Positions 24,667 through 38,633 of a stretch of 45,667 bases of DNA are shown here, piece after piece. The stretch lies in NCBI RefSeq assembly GCF_001194135.2, contig NC_069006.1, forward strand, positions 14,424,811 to 14,470,477, in the 5' to 3' direction. This DNA is from Octopus bimaculoides. Its lineage: Eukaryota. The stretch's first letter is position 1, and every line of letters starts with the position of its first letter. The notes under the pieces were generated by a model. It saw only the letters and a program-made list of their open reading frames with translations, ran no database searches and had not been told where the DNA came from. The translations under genes and the position numbers were made by a program.

Positions 24667-25523
24667 TATATATATATATATATATATATATATNNNNNNN
24701 NNNNNNNNNNNNNNNNNNNNNNNNNNNNNNNNNNNNNNNNNNNNNNNNNNNNNNNNNNNNNNNNNNNNNNNNNNNNNNNNNNNNNNNNNNNNNNNNNNNN
24801 NNNNNNNNNNNNNNNNNNNNNNNNNNNNNNNNNNNNNNNNNNNNNNNNNNNNNNNNNNNNNNNNNNNNNNNNNNNNNNNNNNNNNNNNNNNNNNNNNNNN
24901 NNNNNNNNNNNNNNNNNNNNNNNNNNNNNNNNNNNNNNNNNNNNNNNNNNNNNNNNNNNNNNNNNNNNNNNNNNNNNNNNNNNNNNNNNNNNNNNNNNNN
25001 NNNNNNNNNNNNNNNNNNNNNNNNNNNNNNNNNNNNNNNNNNNNNNNNNNNNNNNNNNNNNNNNNNNNNNNNNNNNNNNNNNNNNNNNNNNNNNNNNNNN
25101 NNNNNNNNNNNNNNNNNNNNNNNNNNNNNNNNNNNNNNNNNNNNNNNNNNNNNNNNNNNNNNNNNNNNNNNNNNNNNNNNNNNNNNNNNNNNNNNNNNNN
25201 NNNNNNNNNNNNNNNNNNNNNNNNNNNNNNNNNNNNATAGATATGCATATATATGCACAAGCACGCACACAGACACAAATATATATATATATACACCACA
25301 CTCACGCACACATATGGTTCTAATTCGCTGGTGTATATGAATGTTATAAAACGTTGGCGAAAAATTGAAAAGTCTATGACACTTCCTTGTCACCTTTCTC
25401 ATTAGAAATTTCAGTGAAGGAATCTTGGCTGGAGGAACCCTGTAACCAGCCGATATATTTTTCATCATTTACTATAGAATATATGTATATATGTGTGTGT
25501 GTGTAAACGTGAATATAAAAATT

Positions 25524-25579
<56 letters not shown>

Positions 25580-25799
25580 AATAAAATAAATCTATATAGA
25601 TTAAATAAAATAGATGTGTGTCTGTACACACGCATATGTATGTCTGTATATATGTATACCTACATATATATATATATATATAGACACACACACACATATC
25701 TATATATACATCTTTGTGTACGCATGTATGTATATATACAAATATATATATGTATATATACGCATATATATGTATATATATATGTGTGCGTGTGTATAG

Positions 25800-25861
<62 letters not shown>

Positions 25862-25976
25862 GAACGCACACGCACTTATACTTATATATCTATATATGGG
25901 GTATATAGAGATACCAACGGCGTTCTCACACAAACATACATACATATATATGCATATGTGTTTATATATATCTATC

Positions 25977-26011
<35 letters not shown>

Positions 26012-27097
26012 CTATATATATATATATATATATAGATATGCAGGGCAGGGAATCGTCAATTAGTAATAAAATTAATAATTAACAATTTTGCCGGGTAGCT
26101 CAGTATGAAAAAAACCTTTTTCGGTAAAAAAACATTTATAATCATAAATATATAGGGATTGACAGTAACCTGCTTCTCCAACATACTGAGAATTCAGAAA
26201 TAGCAGTCAAAGAATATCGCTATCAATCTGGAGTAATAATTTGTAGTTTTGAAATCAGTAGTTCTTTGACTGCTATTTCTNNNNNNNNNNNNNNNNNNNN
26301 NNNNNNNNNNNNNNNNNNNNNNNNNNNNNNNNNNNNNNNNNNNNNNNNNNNNNNNNNNNNNNNNNNNNNNNNNNNNNNNNNNNNNNNNNNNNNNNNNNNN
26401 NNNNNNNNNNNNNNNNNNNNNNNNNNNNNNNNNNNNNNNNNNNNNNNNNNNNNNNNNNNNNNNNNNNNNNNNNNNNNNNNNNNNNNNNNNNNNNNNNNNN
26501 NNNNNNNNNNNNNNNNNNNNNNNNNNNNNNNNNNNNNNNNNNNNNNNNNNNNNNNNNNNNNNNNNNNNNNNNNNNNNNNNNNNNNNNNNNNNNNNNNNNN
26601 NNNNNNNNNNNNNNNNNNNNNNNNNNNNNNNNNNNNNNNNNNNNNNNNNNNNNNNNNNNNNNNNNNNNNNNNNNNNNNNNNNNNNNNNNNNNNNNNNNNN
26701 NNNNNNNNNNNNNNNNNNNNNNNNNNNNNNNNNNNNNNNNNNNNNNNNNNNNNNNNNNNNNNNNNNNNNNNNNNNNNNNNNNNNNNNNNNNNNNNNNNNN
26801 NNNNNNNNNNNNNNNNNNNNNNNNNNNNNNNNNNNNNNNNNNNNNNNNNNNNNNNNNNNNNNNNNNNNNNNNNNNNNNNNNNNNNNNNNNNNNNNNNNNN
26901 NNNNNNNNNNNNNNNNNNNNNNNNNNNNNNNNNNNNNNNNNNNNNNNNNNNNNNNNNNNNNNNNNNNNNNNNNNNNNNNNNNNNNNNNNNNNNNNNNNNN
27001 NNNNNNNNNNNNNNNNNNNNNNNNNNNNNNNNNNNNNNNNNNNNNNNNNNNNNNNNNNNNNNNNNNNNNNNNNNNNNNNNNNNNNNNNNNNNNNNNN

Positions 27098-27255
27098 AGT
27101 CAAATGACTGAAACAAGTAAAAGAGTAAAAGAGTATACATATACATACATACATACATACATACATACATACATACATACATACATACATACATACATAC
27201 ATACATACATACATACATACATACGTACGTACGTACGTACGTACGTACGTACATA
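27098..27255 (+). mobile_element. SINE family A tail after gap, followed by (TACA)n/(TACG)n
   Basis: GTCAAATGACTGAAACAAGTAAAAGAGTAAAAGAG followed by the tetranucleotide run. Confidence 0.8.
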
Positions 27256-27711
27256 CATGCAAAAACTATTTTATTGCATTTTTCGATGATGTGGAATCTG
27301 ATACTGATTTGGCTACTATATCTAGCAGGTCGAACTCTGGAATAGAACTTTACTCATTGTTTTGTTTCTTCATCGATGTTGTTGATGGTGACGACTAAGA
27401 CCACGAGGATGATGTTGATGCAGAAGAGGAGGAAGGAGAAGATGAGTGTTTCATTTCATTGATTGCGGTTTTATTTAAGAAACTTTTATAAATCGAGTTG
27501 TAAGCACTTGTGATTGCTTGTGCGCGTATGTATGTATATATGTATATATATGTTTTCATTTAGTGTCTATGAGAGTTGTTAGTGTTTGCAGGAACAGCTC
27601 GTGTATTCTACATACAGCAATTTCCAATGTTTACTGAGACAGTTACGTTTTGCATTCTCTAATGTTGATTTTTTGCGAGGTTTTTCACACTCTACACACA
27701 CACATACATAC

Positions 27712-27745
<34 letters not shown>

Positions 27746-28348
27746 AGACATATATACGTATACATACCGACATACATATTTTGACAGCGTATACAAACAC
27801 ATGTTTGAGTAGATAACTCAATGAAGGAAATCAAGTTAGATAAAGGCATCAGCAGCGCTGGCAACGCAACCCACTGCCGTCATCGCTCATACCACTTCCG
27901 TCATCACAACCAGTGGCACCGCTACCACTATCACCATCCCTAACAACAACCATCAGCTCAGCACACAGTACTAACATCAGCAACATTTGCAGCAAAAACA
28001 GCATTAGCAATAGCAACAGTGAAAACCTCAATAGCAACAACAACAAAAATATCAATAGCTGCAACAATGAAAACAACAACAATAACAATAACAACAGCAA
28101 TAGCGGTAGTTGCATCAGTAACTAGATCCATCGTTGTTTAGATATGTCTAATTTTAAATTTGGCAAGCGTCCATTGTGAGAGCTTGCGATCGATCAGAAC
28201 TAATCATGGCTCAATTATTGATACGACGTGACTGTTTTAGAAACGCAGAACACATGTCTGTGAGGGCAGAAAATAAACTCTGCAAAATCAAACCGTTTCA
28301 CGTCCCCACCCCGCCTCCAGCACGCATAACGAATCCACGCACCTAACA

Positions 28349-29385
28349 ATCACCGCTCTGCTCATCGTCGTCATCGTCGTCAACGTCATCATCTTCTGCG
28401 CAGCTATCGCTGTCGTTGTCATCGTCATCGTCGTCATCATCGATGTTCAGAAATGCATAGACACACCACCAATAAAGAACCACGGCCTCTACAAAGGCGT
28501 TCGACTTGTTGAAACAAGTAGCGGTGAGATGTCCATTAAATCACATGACATCCCATTTCAAAATGTAGGATCACCGTTGTCATCGTTGTCATCATCATTG
28601 TCCCCATCATCGTCTTCCTCATCACATTCAGCATAGCCATCATTGTCGTCGTCGTGTTCATCGATGTTCAGAAATGCATAGACACACCAGCATTAGAAAG
28701 CCGTAGCTTTTACGTAGACGCGTGACCAATTGGAAATAATAGCCATGTAATGCTCCTTAAGTCAAAGGCTGCCAGGCTTTAAAAAAAGTACCCCTAGCGA
28801 TCACCGTTGCCGTTGTTGTTCTTGATTGTTGTCGTCATCATTGTTGTCGTCTTCGTTCTTGACGTCGTTGTCATCACCATCATTGTTCAGAAGTGCATAT
28901 GCGCTCCATTCATTGCATCACTATTCTCCATACCCGCTTTAAATTGCCATCCCATAACCGTCCCCAATTGGGAGCTGCAGCTTCTACGTAGTTGATTGAC
29001 CTGTTGCAAATAATAGCCATGAAATGTCCGTTAGATCACACGCCACACTGTCTCAAAAGAAAACCGACGCCCCTACAAATCACCCCTATCGTTATTATTA
29101 TCGTCGTAATCGTTGTTCTCGTCATCATCAATGTTCAAAAATGTACAAACACTCCATTCGGCTCATCGCTATTCTCCATACTTGCTTTGAATTCCCATTC
29201 CCATAACCACCGACATTTCGGCCTCGCGGGCTCTACGTTGGCGCTTGACATGGAAAAAGTAGCGATAAGTCTCCCTCAAATAATACACTACATCCCCTCG
29301 AAAAAAAATCACCCCCAACAAATCACCGTCATCGTCATCTTTACCGTTATCATCATCGTCATCGTCCAGAAATCAATGTTCGACT
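28349..29385 (+). repeat. Degenerate compound tandem array, about 4.3 units of 220-280 bp
   Basis: Units begin ATCACC at 28349, 28570, 28800, 29079 and 29322. Each has an (ATC/GTC)n tract, then GTTCAGAA.TGCA, then a unique spacer. Units 1 and 2 share 31 identical nt (CATCGATGTTCAGAAATGCATAGACACACCA). Confidence 0.8.
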
Positions 29386-29386
29386 T

Positions 29387-29522
29387 AATCCGTTTGTCTG
29401 TCCTTGTGTGTCCCCTCTATGTTTAGCCCCTTGTGGGCAACAAAGAAATAAGAATTGTTGGCCCGCAGGGCGAAATGCTTAGAGGCAGTTCTTCAGATTT
29501 TACATTCTGAGTTCAAATACTG
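29387..29522 (+). mobile_element. SINE-like 3' tail fragment followed by a family B internal fragment
   Basis: GTTTAGCCCCTTGTGGGCAA.AAAGAAATAAGAA, then GGGCGAAATGCTTAG...TTCTGAGTTCAAAT. Confidence 0.55.
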
Positions 29523-30029
29523 CGTTGCTACAGTTTCTCCGCTTACCCAATCGTGCAGTGCCAACAACATCCTCTCTTGTGGTTGATACTACCAGCTGAG
29601 GCAGTTTACTGGCGTGTGGCACTTGGAGACAACACAAGAAATTTGGCGGGTGAGTGAGAGTCATTGGTACGCAGTCCTCCTTCTAGGTAACGGATAACCT
29701 GCTAGACACCAAAGGTACTCTCTACCTGGAGCCCCCTTCACCCGAGTTGTAGGACCACTGGTTTGTATTGATTAAAGCACGCTCTCTTTGCCGCCACGAA
29801 TTTTTTTGTGGGTGATTCCGACGATGTTGGATATAATCACGAAGATGTCGTTTGTGCATGCCGACAATTATCTCCCTTGTCCGAATGAAATGTCATTGGG
29901 CGCCTTAAGCTACTGGAACAATTGGTGTTAGAGATTGAAAGCATACAGGACATGTGGAAAAGAGCAAACGTTTGATATACAACGATTCCGATTGGTGACT
30001 ACCGGTTAAAGATTGCTATACACTGAAGC

Positions 30030-30350
30030 GGTGATGATTGATGATGGCGATGATGATGATGATGATGGTGACAACGATAATGATAATAATAATGATGATC
30101 ATGATATTGATGATGATGATGATGATGATGATGATAATAGTGATGATGACGATGAAAATGAAGATGGAAATGATGATGATGATGACTACTCACAGATGAT
30201 GACGATGGTGATGATGAATATGATGATGAGGATGATGATGATGATGATGACGATGACAACGACAATGATGATGGCGACGATGATGATAATGACTACAACG
30301 ATGACGATGATGACGACGGCAGTGATGATGATGATGATGATGATGACGAA
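30030..30350. repeat. Degenerate (GAT/GAC)n tract; similar tracts at 31420-31590 and 33702-34130
   Basis: Trinucleotide runs producing poly-D, poly-M and poly-H ORFs. Confidence 0.9.
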
Positions 30351-31146
30351 AAACAACAGCAAAAGAGACAAGTAGAATTTTCCAATATGTCATCTCAAAG
30401 GAATTAAGAAAAACTGTGTTTTTTTTTTTCACAAATCTTCACTCGTTGTGGTTTTCATCTTTTTTTCTTTTCTTTTCTTTTCTTTATTTTTTTTTTGCCA
30501 TTTTATTTGTTTTGTTACCGATTCCGTTTGTTTATTGCAGACCAAATATTGCCTCAAGGAAGAAACAATATTCTTGTATCTTCACAGTTTGGTTCTGGAG
30601 AAATTTTTAGTCTACGAATCAAATAATAATAATAGTAATAATAATAATAATAATAATAACAATAATAAGATCAACAACACAACAACAACAACAAATAGAG
30701 AAAACGAGAAAGAAATTCAAGGAGATGGGGAAGGAGGAAGAGGGGGTGGTATATCGTTGTATCGCTCGTTTGACGTACGATATAACGGGATAATAAAAAC
30801 GTCCTCGCACATCGTTCAACTCAAGATACGTAATACTTGTAATAACCCTCGGCTTTACACAGCTCACGACACCATTACATTTTCTGCGCATGTCCATTTA
30901 TATTGTGGCACAGTCCATTAGGAGCCAACCAATAGGGGTGTTCTACTTCCGCACAGCATATATATATATGTTGTGTGGAAGTAGAATAAATTTTATGCTT
31001 ACTAGCCACTTATATTATTATTTCTTATTGACAATAATATCTTTATATTAAACTGGTGACAAGCAAAGTAGCGAGTTAAAAAATATCTCTATGGGAGATG
31101 AAAGTAGTAACTATACTCTCCTATATATATTTATATATATAGTCTT

Positions 31147-31420
31147 ATTCCTATCATAGTAGGTGCCTTAGGTATAATAAAAAAATATTCAGACAAATAC
31201 ATAACAAAAATACCAGGACTTACAAATATATATAACATACAGAAAATTGCACTACTGGTAACTGCACACATCCTACGCAAAACACTTTCAATACAGTAAC
31301 CATAAGAGCATCACAGCAAACCACAGCACATACCCAAGGCACACAGAGCTTCGCTCGGTAGTGAAGTGAAAGCACGTTATAAAAATAAAACTACTGAACA
31401 ATAATAATAATAATAATAAT
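31147..31420 (+). mobile_element. 5'-truncated 3' end of an RLE-type (R4/Dong-like) element, third subfamily, with (TAA)n
   Basis: IPIIVGALGIIKKYSDKYITKIPGLTNIYNIQKIALLVTAHILRKTLSIQ* (stop 31297-31299), ~100 nt UTR, (TAA)n at 31400-31420. Confidence 0.85.
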
Positions 31421-32050
31421 GACGACGATGATGATGATGATGATGATGATGGTGATGATGACGATGGTCATGATCATGATGAGGATGGTGATTATGGTAA
31501 TGATGACGATAACAGCGGTGACGACAAAGACGACAAGGTTGAGGATGGCGCTGAACGTCACCACACCGACGATGTCGATGATAAAAACCGTGGGGCAAGA
31601 GGAATATTGCATTAGGAAAAAAAAAAAACAGACGAAAGACCGGAGCTAGTGAACGTAGAAGAGGAAGGAGATCAACAGGCAAGAGTAGAAGAGAGAGGTG
31701 TAAATTATGGAAAAAACAAAAAGAAAAGAAAAAAGCGCGAAAGGAAAATAAATCCAGAGATGCAACACGCGAATAGATGAGACTTACACGTAGTAAACCT
31801 GATAATGTTGTTGTTGTTGCTGTTGTTGTTGTTGCTGTTATGAGGATGTTTCTGGATGTTTCACTTAAGTGGCAATTGACATAATTAACTATGATGGAGT
31901 TATTGGTTCTTTTAAGATTATTGATTAAGCCACACCTCGGTTTTCTACGAGAATCACGTGGCTTTATTTCATATCTACCATCTATCTATTTATTAATCTC
32001 CCTCTCTCTACCTCCCCTCTTTCTCTCTCTCTCTCTCTCTCGCTTTCTCC

Positions 32051-32107
<57 letters not shown>

Positions 32108-32971
32108 CCTACCTACCTACCTACCTACCTACCTACCTACCTACCTACCTACCTACCTATCTATCTATCTAAAGATTTCTGCTCTTCTCTCACTCCCATT
32201 TCGTATACGGTCTTTATGTATGTGCACATATTTAAATTTACGCGCGCGCGCGCGTATCATGAAGGGCACATATTTACATTTTAACTTATATGTATACGTA
32301 TATATGTATGTGTGTGTGTAAGCATACACACACACACACACATATACATATATATATATATACACATATATATATGAGTGTATTTGTGCGTCTACATACA
32401 TAAAGTTTGTGTACACAAACGAATGCAACCACGCACAGATTCATACAAGTATGCTGATGCTAGCGTCCCGAGTAAAATGTTTAAAAATATAAGTAAAATG
32501 CTTAAAATATAATCTGATCATATCTTATCGGAAGCTGACACTAAAAGCTGATATTCTCAGAAACATCCTGATGTCCCAGAAGGCTTATCATAAGTTTGGT
32601 AAACACATACTTTCTTCATATTTGTACATTACTGCATCTTTTTACAGGGCTTATATTAAACTTAGACATTGCTCATATCCTCAATTACTTTCTAGTTAGT
32701 TGTAGAACATTCAATCAATAATTGCGTCGCTTAGAAGAACTAAAGTTTATCTTGAGATCTTCGCGAATATCTAGCTACAACATATACATAATTGTATATA
32801 CATACATGTGTGTGTGCGCGCGCGCGCGCGTGCAGATAGATACGTATTTATATGCATTCATATATAAATATATATAAATATATATATATATACCTACATA
32901 CAAACACACATATGTATATACATGCATACATACTTACACATATATACATACATATACATACATATATACAT

Positions 32972-33030
<59 letters not shown>

Positions 33031-34011
33031 NNNNNNNNNNNNNNNNNNNNNNNNNNNNNNNNNNNNNNNNNNNNNNNNNNNNNNNNNNNNNNNNNNNNNN
33101 NNNNNNNNNNNNNNNNNNNNNNNNNNNNNNNNNNNNNNNNNNNNNNNNNNNNNNNNNNNNNNNNNNNNNNNNNNNNNNNNNNNNNNNNNNNNNNNNNNNN
33201 NNNNNNNNNNNNNNNNNNNNNNNNNNNNNNNNNNNNNNNNNNNNNNNNNNNNNNNNNNNNNNNNNNNNNNNNNNNNNNNNNNNNNNNNNNNNNNNNNNNN
33301 NNNNNNNNNNNNNNNNNNNNNNNNNNNNNNNNNNNNNNNNNNNNNNNNNNNNNNNNNNNNNNNNNNNNNNNNNNNNNNNNNNNNNNNNNNNNNNNNNNNN
33401 NNNNNNNNNNNNNNNNNNNNNNNNNNNNNNNNNNNNNNNNNNNNNNNNNNNNNNNNNNNNNNNNNNNNNNNNNNNNNNNNNNNNNNNNNNNNNNNNNNNN
33501 NNNNNNNNNNNNNNNNNNNNNNNNNNNNNNNNNNNNNNNNNNNNNNNNNNNNNNNNNNNNNNNNNNNNNNNNNNNNNNNNNNNNNNNNNNNNNNNNNNNN
33601 NNNNNNNNNNNNNNNNNNNNNNNNNNNNNNNNNNNNNNNNNNNNNNNNNNNNNNNNNNNNNNNNNNNNNNNNNNNNNNNNNNNNNNNNNNNNNNNNNNNN
33701 NGGGTGGTGGCTGTAGTGGTGGTGGTGGTGGTGGTGGTTGTGGTGGTGGTAAATGATTACGGTGATGATTAAGATGAGGATGAGAATGGTTATGATGGCG
33801 AGGACGGTGATGATGACGATGACGATGACGACGACGACGACGAAGACAATCAGAGCGATGATGATGATGCCGATGATGATGATGGTGACGCTTGTGGAGC
33901 TGACGCTGACCATGATCATGATGATCATGATAATGGTGATGACGATGATGACGATGAAAGCGACGATGAGAATGATGATGTTAACGATGATGGTGATGCT
34001 TGTGGAGCTGC

Positions 34012-34043
<32 letters not shown>

Positions 34044-34491
34044 ACCATGACGATGATGGTGAAGATTACGATGCTGCTGTTGGCTGGTAGCGGTAGTAAA
34101 TGATGACGACAAAGGATACGAGACGACGACGACCACCGTAACGACGCTCATAAGCATTTTTAATTAAAAATGAAGAACACGATTACGACCACGATTCGGA
34201 TCATGGAGAAGGACGGCACATAGCATCTTGCTTCAGGCTCCTTGGTTTCTTATTCCCCATTTAACACTAGAATTCCTCATTTAACATTAAAATTCAAAAA
34301 ACACTCGAAAAGTCCTTTTAATTCACGGCTGGTTTTGGGAGTTCTTTATGCACTATTTGTCTTTTTCTCCATTCGTGTCACTTGTAGCGTATTGCTCTTT
34401 TTCCCATAATGCATTTTTACATTCGTACAAATATTCAATCATGTACTGATACGTATGTATGTATTCATGTAATCCCATACCTACAGGCACG

Positions 34492-34538
<47 letters not shown>

Positions 34539-35142
34539 NNNNNNNNNNNNNNNNNNNNNNNNNNNNNNNNNNNNNNNNNNNNNNNNNNNNNNNNNNNNNN
34601 NNNNNNNNNNNNNNNNNNNNNNNNNNNNNNNNNNNNNNNNNNNNNNNNNNNNNNNNNNNNNNNNNNNNNNNNNNNNNNNNNNNNNNNNNNNNNNNNNNNN
34701 NNNNNNNNNNNNNNNNNNNNNNNNNNNNNNNNNNNNNNNNNNNNNNNNNNNNNNNNNNNNNNNNNNNNNNNNNNNNNNNNNNNNNNNNNNNNNNNNNNNN
34801 NNNNNNNNNNNNNNNNNNNNNNNNNNNNNNNNNNNNNNNNNNNNNNNNNNNNNNNNNNNNNNNNNNNNNNNNNNNNNNNNNNNNNNNNNNNNNNNNNNNN
34901 NNNNNNNNNNNNNNNNNNNNNNNNNNNNNNNNNNNNNNNNNNNNNNNNNNNNNNNNNNNNNNNNNNNNNNNNNNNNNNNNNNNNNNNNNNNNNNNNNNNN
35001 NNNNNNNNNNNNNNNNNNNNNNNNNNNNNNNNNNNNNNNNNNNNNNNNNNNATACACACACTATAACATATAGAATCCGCTAACGGACGAGTATACATTT
35101 GAACTGTTCTCATGTAACTGAATACACACATATATGTGTATT

Positions 35143-35179
<37 letters not shown>

Positions 35180-35624
35180 CAGAGAGAGAGAGAGAGAGAT
35201 ACAAAGAAAAATAAACGTATCCATACATCCCTGCACACACACTCACTCACGCTCACACATATAGACACACACATACAAACACACACACATGAACGTATAG
35301 CTACATTTAGGTAATATGCACACACACATCAACAGAGAGGCATATTTGACTGTGCCAACAACGGTGTAGACTTGACTACTTAAGATCCATCGTAAACTTT
35401 GATTGATCCGTTCAATGGCTATGATTCATTTCGTCACTTCTTCGAGATCTTTGTCTCTCCGTATTCGTTCAGGCGACAAAGAGATCAATCGATTGTTTGG
35501 CTTTTCGGAAACCCTTTTCTAACATTTATATTTTATTTCACTCCCTAATACGTGTGTGTGTGATGCGCGCGCATGTGTGTGTGTGCGCGTGTGTAAATAT
35601 GTAAAGTTAAATGCATGCATAAAT

Positions 35625-35658
<34 letters not shown>

Positions 35659-36976
35659 NNNNNNNNNNNNNNNNNNNNNNNNNNNNNNNNNNNNNNNNNN
35701 NNNNNNNNNNNNNNNNNNNNNNNNNNNNNNNNNNNNNNNNNNNNNNNNNNNNNNNNNNNNNNNNNNNNNNNNNNNNNNNNNNNNNNNNNNNNNNNNNNNN
35801 NNNNNNNNNNNNNNNNNNNNNNNNNNNNNNNNNNNNNNNNNNNNNNNNNNNNNNNNNNNNNNNNNNNNNNNNNNNNNNNNNNNNNNNNNNNNNNNNNNNN
35901 NNNNNNNNNNNNNNNNNNNNNNNNNNNNNNNNNNNNNNNNNNNNNNNNNNNNNNNNNNNNNNNNNNNNNNNNNNNNNNNNNNNNNNNNNNNNNNNNNNNN
36001 NNNNNNNNNNNNNNNNNNNNNNNNNNNNNNNNNNNNNNNNNNNNNNNNNNNNNNNNNNNNNNNNNNNNNNNNNNNNNNNNNNNNNNNNNNNNNNNNNNNN
36101 NNNNNNNNNNNNNNNNNNNNNNNNNNNNNNNNNNNNNNNNNNNNNNNNNNNNNNNNNNNNNNNNNNNNNNNNNNNNNNNNNNNNNNNNNNNNNNNNNNNN
36201 NNNNNNNNNNNNNNNNNNNNNNNNNNNNNNNNNNNNNNNNNNNNNNNNNNNNNNNNNNNNNNNNNNNNNNNNNNNNNNNNNNNNNNNNNNNNNNNNNNNN
36301 NNNGTGGGGGTATGGGTGTGAAACCTTTCTGTAGGAATGTTGAATATATTTGTCATTTCTAAGGTGGTCAAGAGAAACCGCTGCAACGAAGAAATTCTCA
36401 GTTTGGAATGGTCAAGTAGATACAATATTGTATTTGTAGTTGTTGTTGTTGTAGAACGTGCTGTTGCTACTTTAGCCATTCTTGCAGTTGTTGTTGTTGT
36501 TGTTGTTATTTTGATCTCCCAGAAGGTCAAAACTCTGATCAAACAGGCCAATGATCAAAAGCATTCCAGACGTGGTTATCCCGTATTTTTTTTTTCCTAT
36601 ACGCAAGGAACCAGAATCTACGATATCACGTGTGTCCTTTATACTAAAAAGCAGATGGGTGTTATTTAAGGAAGATTTAGCTGTTATGTCTTGCAAGTCG
36701 TGCGCCTACATTATTTTTTTCTCGTTGTTCCAAGACTTCCTACTTATTATATACAAGGATTTTCATCTTCGAATCTCTTTTCCTTGTTTCGCTCTTTGGA
36801 TTGCAGCCAAATAAGGGCACCACCTAGGAATAAAGACGATTTAGGGAAATAAATCGATCCCAGTGAGTATTTCTTTAAGTTTGGTACTTATTGTAAAGGA
36901 CTCTTGCCTAATAGCTAAGTTACAGGAATCCCCGTTTGCTAAGTGGTGTTGGTAACAAGTACACACATATACGTGT

Positions 36977-37961
36977 GCGCACGTAACTGCGTGGTAAGAA
37001 GCTTGCTTCCCAATCCCATGGTTCCGGTTCAATCCCACTGCGTAAAGCCCTGTCAATGGATTTGGAAGACGGAAACTGAAAGAAGACTGTTGGTGTGTGT
37101 ATATATATATAAATACATATAAATATATATATATATATATANNNNNNNNNNNNNNNNNNNNNNNNNNNNNNNNNNNNNNNNNNNNNNNNNNNNNNNNNNN
37201 NNNNNNNNNNNNNNNNNNNNNNNNNNNNNNNNNNNNNNNNNNNNNNNNNNNNNNNNNNNNNNNNNNNNNNNNNNNNNNNNNNNNNNNNNNNNNNNNNNNN
37301 NNNNNNNNNNNNNNNNNNNNNNNNNNNNNNNNNNNNNNNNNNNNNNNNNNNNNNNNNNNNNNNNNNNNNNNNNNNNNNNNNNNNNNNNNNNNNNNNNNNN
37401 NNNNNNNNNNNNNNNNNNNNNNNNNNNNNNNNNNNNNNNNNNNNNNNNNNNNNNNNNNNNNNNNNNNNNNNNNNNNNNNNNNNNNNNNNNNNNNNNNNNN
37501 NNNNNNNNNNNNNNNNNNNNNNNNNNNNNNNNNNNNNNNNNNNNNNNNNNNNNNNNNNNNNNNNNNNNNNNNNNNNNNNNNNNNNNNNNNNNNNNNNNNN
37601 NNNNNNNNNNNNNNNNNNNNNNNNNNNNNNNNNNNNNNNNNNNNNNNNNNNNNNNNNNNNNNNNNNNNNNNNNNNNNNNNNNNNNNNNNNNNNNNNNNNN
37701 NNNNNNNNNNNNNNNNNNNNNNNNNNNNNNNNNNNNNNNNNNNNNNNNNNNNNNNNNNNNNNNNNNNNNNNNNNNNNNNNNNNNNNNNNNNNNNNNNNNN
37801 NNNNNNNNNNNNNNNNNNNNNNNNNNNNNNNNNNNNNNNNNNNNNNNNNNNNNNNNNNNNNNNNNNNNNNNNNNATTTGCTCGACTAATATCCGTCAAGG
37901 AGGGGGGGGGGGCTCCAGCATGGCCACAGTAAAATGACTGAAACAAGTAAAATAATAAAAG
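36977..37961 (+). mobile_element. SINE family A, probably one copy split by the gap at its internal (TA)n
   Basis: Head at 36977-37090 (GTGGTAAGAAGCTTGCTTCCCAA..GGTTCAATCCC); tail at 37875-37961 (GCTCCAGCATGGCCACAGTAAAATGACTGAAACAAGTAAAA). Confidence 0.75.
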
Positions 37962-37965
37962 CATA

Positions 37966-38134
37966 TACAACGGGCTTCTGAACAGTTTCCGTTAACCAAA
38001 TTCACTTACAAGGAATTGGTTAGCCCGGGAGCTATAGTAGAAAGCATTTACCCCAGATGCTGCCTAGTGAGACTGAACCCCAAACCAAGTGGCTGCAAAG
38101 CCGTCTTATTAACCATACAAGTATGCCTGCGCCC
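37966..38134 (-). mobile_element. SINE family A, 5' half, diverged
   Basis: CGGGCTTC...CAGTTTCCGT..CCAAATTCAC...GCTATAGTAGAA...GACTGAACCC...CCTGCGCC. Confidence 0.75.
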
Positions 38135-38633
38135 GTACAGCTGCGCCAGTGAAAAACAAAATGACATCACTTTATGTTGTGCCGATTATCTATTAACAAT
38201 CTACCCTTAATATGCCGATGTGTTGTTGTTCCCCATACTAAATGGAATGGAATTTTTCAAGTATATTTATTTGTATACCTGCACATGGAGTATAATTCGA
38301 TTTCTTTTTAATATTTAGAAGTTTTGCATCAAAATTTTTATTTGATCAGGCAAACAAATCGCAATTTTGTTTTTCGTTTGACTATAGAATTGTGGTTTGA
38401 ACTCTCCTAAGCGAAAGGTTGATTTTTCTACTCCAGTTTTTAGATTAAATAATGGCAACTCAGTAATATTATTCGCGGCAACGTTGCATAGAGAAGACGG
38501 AAGGAGAAAAGGTGAGAATTGGATTGAGAGAGATTAAAAGAATGAGAAACGAGAAAGATAGCGTTTGTCGTTTTGAAAGACTATTAAACGTAAACTACAA
38601 TTGCAAATGTAAAATCATCAATAATAATAATAA

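Noticed and set aside
28349-29385. CRISPR-like repeat-spacer appearance of the array
   Set aside because: Eukaryotic context, units of 220-280 bp, degenerate repeats, related spacers and no cas genes.
30013-34103. Poly-D, poly-H and poly-M ORFs
   Set aside because: Read from GAT/CAT microsatellites in all frames.
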